Shown here: positions 7,967 to 12,128 of the stretch, in pieces
Position numbering within the stretch: the first letter of the stretch is position 1
Layout: every line of letters starts with the position of its first letter
Source: Naegleria gruberi
Lineage: Eukaryota
NCBI GenBank assembly: GCA_000004985.1
Contig: GG739006.1
DNA: 12,128 bases
Direction: 5' to 3' (one strand)
The notes under the pieces: model-generated
The model's input: only the letters and a program-made list of their open reading frames with translations
Databases searched by the model: none
What the model was told of the DNA's origin: nothing
Translations under genes and position numbers: made by a program

Positions 7967-8722
7967 ATGTCTACAACAACAAACAAATTAGTCGTCATTA
8001 CAGGTGCTTCCAGTGGTATTGGTGAAGCTACTGCAGTTTTATTCGCTCAGAAGGGTTACAAGTTGCTTCTCCTTGCTAGAAGAAAGGACAGATTGGAAGA
8101 ATTGGTGAATGATAGTCGTTACTCTTTCAATCAAGATAATACTCTCATTCATCAATGTGATGTCACCAATGTTGAAGATATTCGTACGGGAGTTGAATTG
8201 GCAACCAAAAAGTTCAATTTACCAGTTGACTGTTTCATTAACAATGCTGGAATTGGTCATTCTTCTCCACTTTCTGAGCAATCATTAGATAAGCAATATG
8301 CTGTCATTGATGTCAATATCAAGGGTGTCCTCAACGGCATTAACGTCGTTGCCAAGGACATGGTCCAACGACAAGCAGGAACCATCATTAATATCAGCAG
8401 TATTGCTGGAAGAAAGACCATGGATGGTGCCTCAGTTTATTGTGGTTCAAAGTTTGCAGTTCATGCCATTAGTGAAACATTGAGAAGTGAGGTTGCTTCT
8501 TCCAAGGTCAGAGTGGTTGTCATATCACCTGGAGTGACAGAGAGTGAAATTACTGGACACGATGAGAAACTACACGAAATGGTTGAAGGAATGAAGAAGG
8601 GACTTACTTTGGGTATTCTAAAGGCACAAGATGTTGCCGAATCTATTTTATATGCCTATCAAGCTCCTCCACATGTTTGTTTGAGAGAAATTGTTTTGGC
8701 ACCAACAGAACAATCCCTTTAA
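7967..8722 (+). CDS. classical short-chain dehydrogenase/reductase (SDR), NADP(H)-dependent, YdfG / serine 3-dehydrogenase-like, 251 aa
   Basis: The ORF is complete and intronless. It carries the Rossmann motif TGASSGIGEA near the N-terminus, NNAGIG, and the catalytic YCGSK (YxxxK) with an upstream Ser (ISSIAG). The start context is aaaATGTCT. The ARRKDRLEEL segment after the glycine motif is typical of NADP-preferring SDRs. There are no in-frame CTG codons. Confidence 0.9.
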   Translation: MSTTTNKLVVITGASSGIGEATAVLFAQKGYKLLLLARRKDRLEELVNDSRYSFNQDNTLIHQCDVTNVEDIRTGVELATKKFNLPVDCFINNAGIGHSSPLSEQSLDKQYAVIDVNIKGVLNGINVVAKDMVQRQAGTIINISSIAGRKTMDGASVYCGSKFAVHAISETLRSEVASSKVRVVVISPGVTESEITGHDEKLHEMVEGMKKGLTLGILKAQDVAESILYAYQAPPHVCLREIVLAPTEQSL

Positions 8723-8788
8723 AAACATCACAGTGATAAGGAATGAATAAGATAACAATTATATGTATTATATATGTAAAATAGCAAT

Positions 8789-10457
8789 NNNNNNNNNNNN
8801 NNNNNNNNNNNNNNNNNNNNNNNNNNNNNNNNNNNNNNNNNNNNNNNNNNNNNNNNNNNNNNNNNNNNNNNNNNNNNNNNNNNNNNNNNNNNNNNNNNNN
8901 NNNNNNNNNNNNNNNNNNNNNNNNNNNNNNNNNNNNNNNNNNNNNNNNNNNNNNNNNNNNNNNNNNNNNNNNNNNNNNNNNNNNNNNNNNNNNNNNNNNN
9001 NNNNNNNNNNNNNNNNNNNNNNNNNNNNNNNNNNNNNNNNNNNNNNNNNNNNNNNNNNNNNNNNNNNNNNNNNNNNNNNNNNNNNNNNNNNNNNNNNNNN
9101 NNNNNNNNNNNNNNNNNNNNNNNNNNNNNNNNNNNNNNNNNNNNNNNNNNNNNNNNNNNNNNNNNNNNNNNNNNNNNNNNNNNNNNNNNNNNNNNNNNNN
9201 NNNNNNNNNNNNNNNNNNNNNNNNNNNNNNNNNNNNNNNNNNNNNNNNNNNNNNNNNNNNNNNNNNNNNNNNNNNNNNNNNNNNNNNNNNNNNNNNNNNN
9301 NNNNNNNNNNNNNNNNNNNNNNNNNNNNNNNNNNNNNNNNNNNNNNNNNNNNNNNNNNNNNNNNNNNNNNNNNNNNNNNNNNNNNNNNNNNNNNNNNNNN
9401 NNNNNNNNNNNNNNNNNNNNNNNNNNNNNNNNNNNNNNNNNNNNNNNNNNNNNNNNNNNNNNNNNNNNNNNNNNNNNNNNNNNNNNNNNNNNNNNNNNNN
9501 NNNNNNNNNNNNNNNNNNNNNNNNNNNNNNNNNNNNNNNNNNNNNNNNNNNNNNNNNNNNNNNNNNNNNNNNNNNNNNNNNNNNNNNNNNNNNNNNNNNN
9601 NNNNNNNNNNNNNNNNNNNNNNNNNNNNNNNNNNNNNNNNNNNNNNNNNNNNNNNNNNNNNNNNNNNNNNNNNNNNNNNNNNNNNNNNNNNNNNNNNNNN
9701 NNNNNNNNNNNNNNNNNNNNNNNNNNNNNNNNNNNNNNNNNNNNNNNNNNNNNNNNNNNNNNNNNNNNNNNNNNNNNNNNNNNNNNNNNNNNNNNNNNNN
9801 NNNNNNNNNNNNNNNNNNNNNNNNNNNNNNNNNNNNNNNNNNNNNNNNNNNNNNNNNNNNNNNNNNNNNNNNNNNNNNNNNNNNNNNNNNNNNNNNNNNN
9901 NNNNNNNNNNNNNNNNNNNNNNNNNNNNNNNNNNNNNNNNNNNNNNNNNNNNNNNNNNNNNNNNNNNNNNNNNNNNNNNNNNNNNNNNNNNNNNNNNNNN
10001 NNNNNNNNNNNNNNNNNNNNNNNNNNNNNNNNNNNNNNNNNNNNNNNNNNNNNNNNNNNNNNNNNNNNNNNNNNNNNNNNNNNNNNNNNNNNNNNNNNNN
10101 NNNNNNNNNNNNNNNNNNNNNNNNNNNNNNNNNNNNNNNNNNNNNNNNNNNNNNNNNNNNNNNNNNNNNNNNNNNNNNNNNNNNNNNNNNNNNNNNNNNN
10201 NNNNNNNNNNNNNNNNNNNNNNNNNNNNNNNNNNNNNNNNNNNNNNNNNNNNNNNNNNNNNNNNNNNNNNNNNNNNNNNNNNNNNNNNNNNNNNNNNNNN
10301 NNNNNNNNNNNNNNNNNNNNNNNNNNNNNNNNNNNNNNNNNNNNNNNNNNNNNNNNNNNNNNNNNNNNNNNNNNNNNNNNNNNNNNNNNNNNNNNNNNNN
10401 NNNNNNNNNNNNNNNNNNNNNNNNNNNNNNNNNNNNNNNNNNNNNNNNNNNNNNNNN
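8789..10457. other. N-run (1669 nt)
   Basis: This is a contiguous run of n. It hides the promoter and 5' end of the downstream EEP gene. Track ORFs 8643..10532 -, 8768..10489 - and the X part of 8763..11072 + are artefacts. Confidence 1.
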
Positions 10458-11264
10458 AGAAGAGGAGGTAAGAGAGTTGAGCAAGCCATCGAAGAGGCTA
10501 TTCATCCACATCCACATCCTCATGATCATCAAGGCTGCGACTTGATTTGCTTACAAGAAACTCATACAGGATGGGAAAAGGCTCTGAATACATCTCTGAT
10601 AATTTCCACTCATTTTCCTCATCAATATTGGGATCATTCCAATGTGGAGCAGTGCAAACCGAGTGGAGCTGCAGTGTTGGCTAGGAGTTATTTGGATATT
10701 AAGGTAAGTGTTCTGGAGAGTGGTGTAGAGGGTTCTGTCTTTCCTGCCCTGCATGTTCTTGTGAAGGATAGGAGGAATGGCCACTCTTTTCAAGTGTTGA
10801 GTGTTCACTTGAGACCACCTCTTGGATTTGATGATAACCAGAAGGCGAATATTGAACTGTCAGCTCTGTGGAAAACTAGATCAATACGTTTGAAGGAGAT
10901 GCAGAGCTATTGGGAACAAGCTCTCAGATTGAGTTCACTTCCCTTGTTAATTGTTGGAGATTTTAATGAATCTTTTGAATCTGGAAGTTGGCTCTCTCCA
11001 TCCTATGCAGATTTCCTGATGGAAAAGAAGGTATGTTATTTAGAATTTGAATTGTCTTTTTCATTTGAATAGTTTGTTGATGCATTGGATAATGAAACGA
11101 GTTGGTATTGGCCATTAAGATGGAATATTTCAATGTGGGCATCGTTTGATCACATTCTTTATAAGAAGGAGGAGTTTGAAGTGGTGGAAAAGAAGATATT
11201 GGTGGAATTTAAAGAGAATGCTTCAGACCATTTGCCTTGCTTGGCAAGATTGAAAACAAGGTGA
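10458..11264 (+). CDS. endonuclease/exonuclease/phosphatase (EEP) family protein, 5' end in the N-run; two exons (10458..11030 and 11073..11264) around a 42-nt intron
   Basis: Exon 1 is in the track frame and reads ...HPHPHPHDHQGCDLICLQETH...GDFNESFESGSWLSPSYADFLMEKK. After the GTATGT...TAG segment is removed the frame continues as FVDALDNETSWYWPLRWNISMWASFDHILYKKEEFEVVEKKILVEFKENASDHLPCLARLKTR*, with TGA at 11262..11264. The ordered motifs (D-x-x-CLQE, GDFN, FDHIL, SDH) are the EEP catalytic signature. The last two motifs are reachable only after the 42-nt segment is removed. Confidence 0.7.
11031..11072 (+). other. putative spliceosomal intron (42 nt, phase 0) in the EEP gene
   Basis: The segment starts with GTATGT (11031..11036) and ends with AATAG (3' AG at 11071..11072). 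Its length is a multiple of 3. The only in-frame stop it contains is the terminal TAG itself. Removing it joins EKK to FVDAL and restores the conserved EEP C-terminal motifs. No TACTAAC-type branch box is present. Confidence 0.5.
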
Positions 11265-11330
11265 AAAATACAATCTCCCTTACAAATCTGTTTAAAATCA
11301 ATTACGGTAATCTTTATTTATTGATAAGAA

Positions 11331-11403
11331 GCCGACATAGCTCAGTTGGGAGAGCGTAAGACTGAAGATCTTAAGGTCCCTGGTTCGATCCCTGGTGTCG
11401 GCA
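11331..11403 (+). tRNA. tRNA-Phe (anticodon GAA), 73 nt, intronless
   Basis: The cloverleaf folds by hand. Acceptor stem GCCGACA pairs with TGTCGGC. The D-arm is GCTC-AGTTGGGA-GAGC. The anticodon stem TAAGA/TCTTA carries loop CTGAAGA (GAA at positions 34-36). The variable loop is AGGTC. The T-arm is CCTGG-TTCGATC-CCTGG, with one T-T mismatch. The discriminator is A. The A-box (TAGCTCAGTTGGGAGAGC) and B-box (GGTTCGATCC) are both present. The sequence is near-identical in architecture to yeast tRNA-Phe. Confidence 0.93.
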
Positions 11404-11406
11404 AAT

Positions 11407-11434
11407 TTTAGTTGCAAGATAAAGGCAATTTTTT
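11407..11434 (+). terminator. Pol III terminator T-runs downstream of tRNA-Phe
   Basis: A T4 run (11407..11410) lies immediately after the tRNA. A T6 run (11429..11434, ggcaattttttgtg) follows 26 nt downstream. The T6 run is the more likely effective terminator. Confidence 0.5.
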
Positions 11435-11654
11435 GTGAATCCTTGGCTCTGTTAATTGTGGAGATTGAACATTATTCAAAATGATGTTTATTTTCTTGAA
11501 TGAATTGTTCCAAAGATCTTGGTTTCTTTCTAGTTGTAAATCAAGTATTTGTCTTCCAATGACTTTGGAAATAATCTCATCTACTTGATCATAATTCAAA
11601 AATTGTCTCCCACTCTTTAATCACAATTTTCTTTTATTTACTATTTACATGCAA

Positions 11655-12128
11655 CTACCTGTTCAAATACCATTCCAAGACAAGTCCTAAAACTAGTGAG
11701 GCCATTGAAAAAGCCAATATGTACCAGGTAATTTCCAAAAAGACATAGGCAAAGCCACCTACTGTTCTCTTTGCAATTCTAACCATGAGATACCTGAATA
11801 TTTGAAACACCACCCTGATATAACTTGCCTTTGCTAGTCCTTCTCCATTTCTAAACATTTCTATCAAGTTTTTGTGAGCTATCGAATTGAATCTTACTTG
11901 TTTAAACAATTCTAAGGATTTGAATGGATTTTTAGGAATGACACCATCAGGAGAACCACTTCTCAAGAGGAGTGCTTGTTCCAAGATTGCCTTCTTGTAG
12001 TTTCTTGAAGCAGCAACATTAAAATGATCCATTGCCCTTTCGTATTGTTTAGTTTTAAGGTAAAACTTTCCCAATGCATAGTGAGCAAAATTGGAATCAA
12101 ATATTTCAACCAATTCAATCAAATAGGC
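11655..12128 (-). CDS. 3' part of a gene encoding a Sel1/TPR-like repeat protein with a C-terminal transmembrane segment; 5' end beyond the window
   Basis: The minus frame is open right up to the window edge. The track's M at 12122 is a TTG, not a real start. Translation: ...HYALGKFYLKTKQYERAMDHFNVAASRNYKKAILEQALLLRSG... (Sel1-like repeat logic), then a hydrophobic stretch VGGFAYVFLEITWYILAFSMASLVLGLVLEWYL, then NR*. The stop is encoded at 11655..11657. The layout resembles the C-terminus of Hrd3/SEL1L-type proteins, but that similarity is not established. Confidence 0.55.
   Translation of the reverse strand, partial: AYLIELVEIFDSNFAHYALGKFYLKTKQYERAMDHFNVAASRNYKKAILEQALLLRSGSPDGVIPKNPFKSLELFKQVRFNSIAHKNLIEMFRNGEGLAKASYIRVVFQIFRYLMVRIAKRTVGGFAYVFLEITWYILAFSMASLVLGLVLEWYLNR

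Noticed and set aside
8643-10532. Track ORFs 8643..10532 (-), 8768..10489 (-) and the N-terminal MYYICKIA plus X part of 8763..11072 (+)
   Set aside because: They span the 1669-nt N-run. The minus-strand ones are antisense to the SDR 3' end and to the His-rich EEP region (MMIMRMWMWM is the antisense of HPHPHPH). Only the + frame downstream of 10458 is real coding sequence.
10704-10709. GTAAGT donor-like hexamer inside EEP exon 1
   Set aside because: The reading frame continues cleanly through it (DIKVSVLESG), and no downstream acceptor restores any motif. It is treated as coding sequence.
10458-11264. EEP gene as the apurinic-endonuclease domain of a LINE-like (non-LTR) retrotransposon targeting the tRNA gene
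   Set aside because: The CLQETH, GDFN and SDH motifs do resemble L1-type endonucleases. However, the ORF terminates about 10 codons after the SDH motif, and the tRNA gene follows 66 bp later. No reverse-transcriptase domain lies downstream, as a LINE ORF2 would require.
11408-11599. 63-aa minus-strand ORF (MNYDQVDEIISKVIGRQILDLQLERNQDLWNNSFKK...) between the Sel1-like gene and the tRNA
   Set aside because: It is short, has no recognisable motif, and overlaps the tRNA terminator T-runs. It could be a genuine micro-protein but is not supportable without expression or conservation data.
1-12128. Prokaryotic-type features (CRISPR arrays, operons, RBS, defence islands)
   Set aside because: The window is eukaryotic: a Pol III tRNA gene, a spliceosomal-type GTATGT intron, A-rich Kozak contexts and monocistronic genes with AT-rich promoters. 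No repeat-spacer arrays or operon-like gene packing were seen.

Overview
This window is AT-rich eukaryotic nuclear DNA with compact, mostly intronless genes, A-rich Kozak contexts (aaaATGTCT) and an intronless Pol III tRNA gene. Those traits suggest an ascomycete yeast-like genome from a draft scaffold. Three N-runs of irregular length (1517..3811, 5948..6198, 8789..10457) interrupt it. The long ORFs that the six-frame track shows across those runs are artefacts of N being translated to X.

Supported features:
- 722..1219 (+): a 4-EF-hand calcium-binding protein.
- 1318..1516 (-): the 3' end of a gene whose body lies inside gap 1.
- 5032..5947 (-): an acidic protein with poly-Asp and poly-Thr tracts and a C-terminal HLHxF domain that I recall as pRiA4b-ORF3-like. 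Its 5' end is lost in gap 2.
- 6330..7580 (+): a 416-aa protein with an F-box-like N-terminal motif.
- 7967..8722 (+): a classical short-chain dehydrogenase/reductase.
- 10458..11264 (+): the 3' part of an endonuclease/exonuclease/phosphatase (EEP) gene, with a 42-nt in-frame GTATGT...TAG intron-like segment at 11031..11072. Its codon usage and CTG content differ sharply from its neighbours.
- 11331..11403 (+): tRNA-Phe(GAA), only 66 bp past the EEP stop.
- 11655..12128 (-): a Sel1/TPR-like protein with a C-terminal transmembrane segment, running off the window.

The 1.2-kb stretch 3854..5031 has no long ORF but carries short codon-biased segments and a repeated 14-mer. No prokaryotic features (CRISPR, operons, RBS) are present. 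The most interesting observations are the compositionally aberrant split EEP gene next to the tRNA, the bacterial-plasmid-like HLHxF domain in a eukaryotic acidic protein, and what the three N-runs are hiding.
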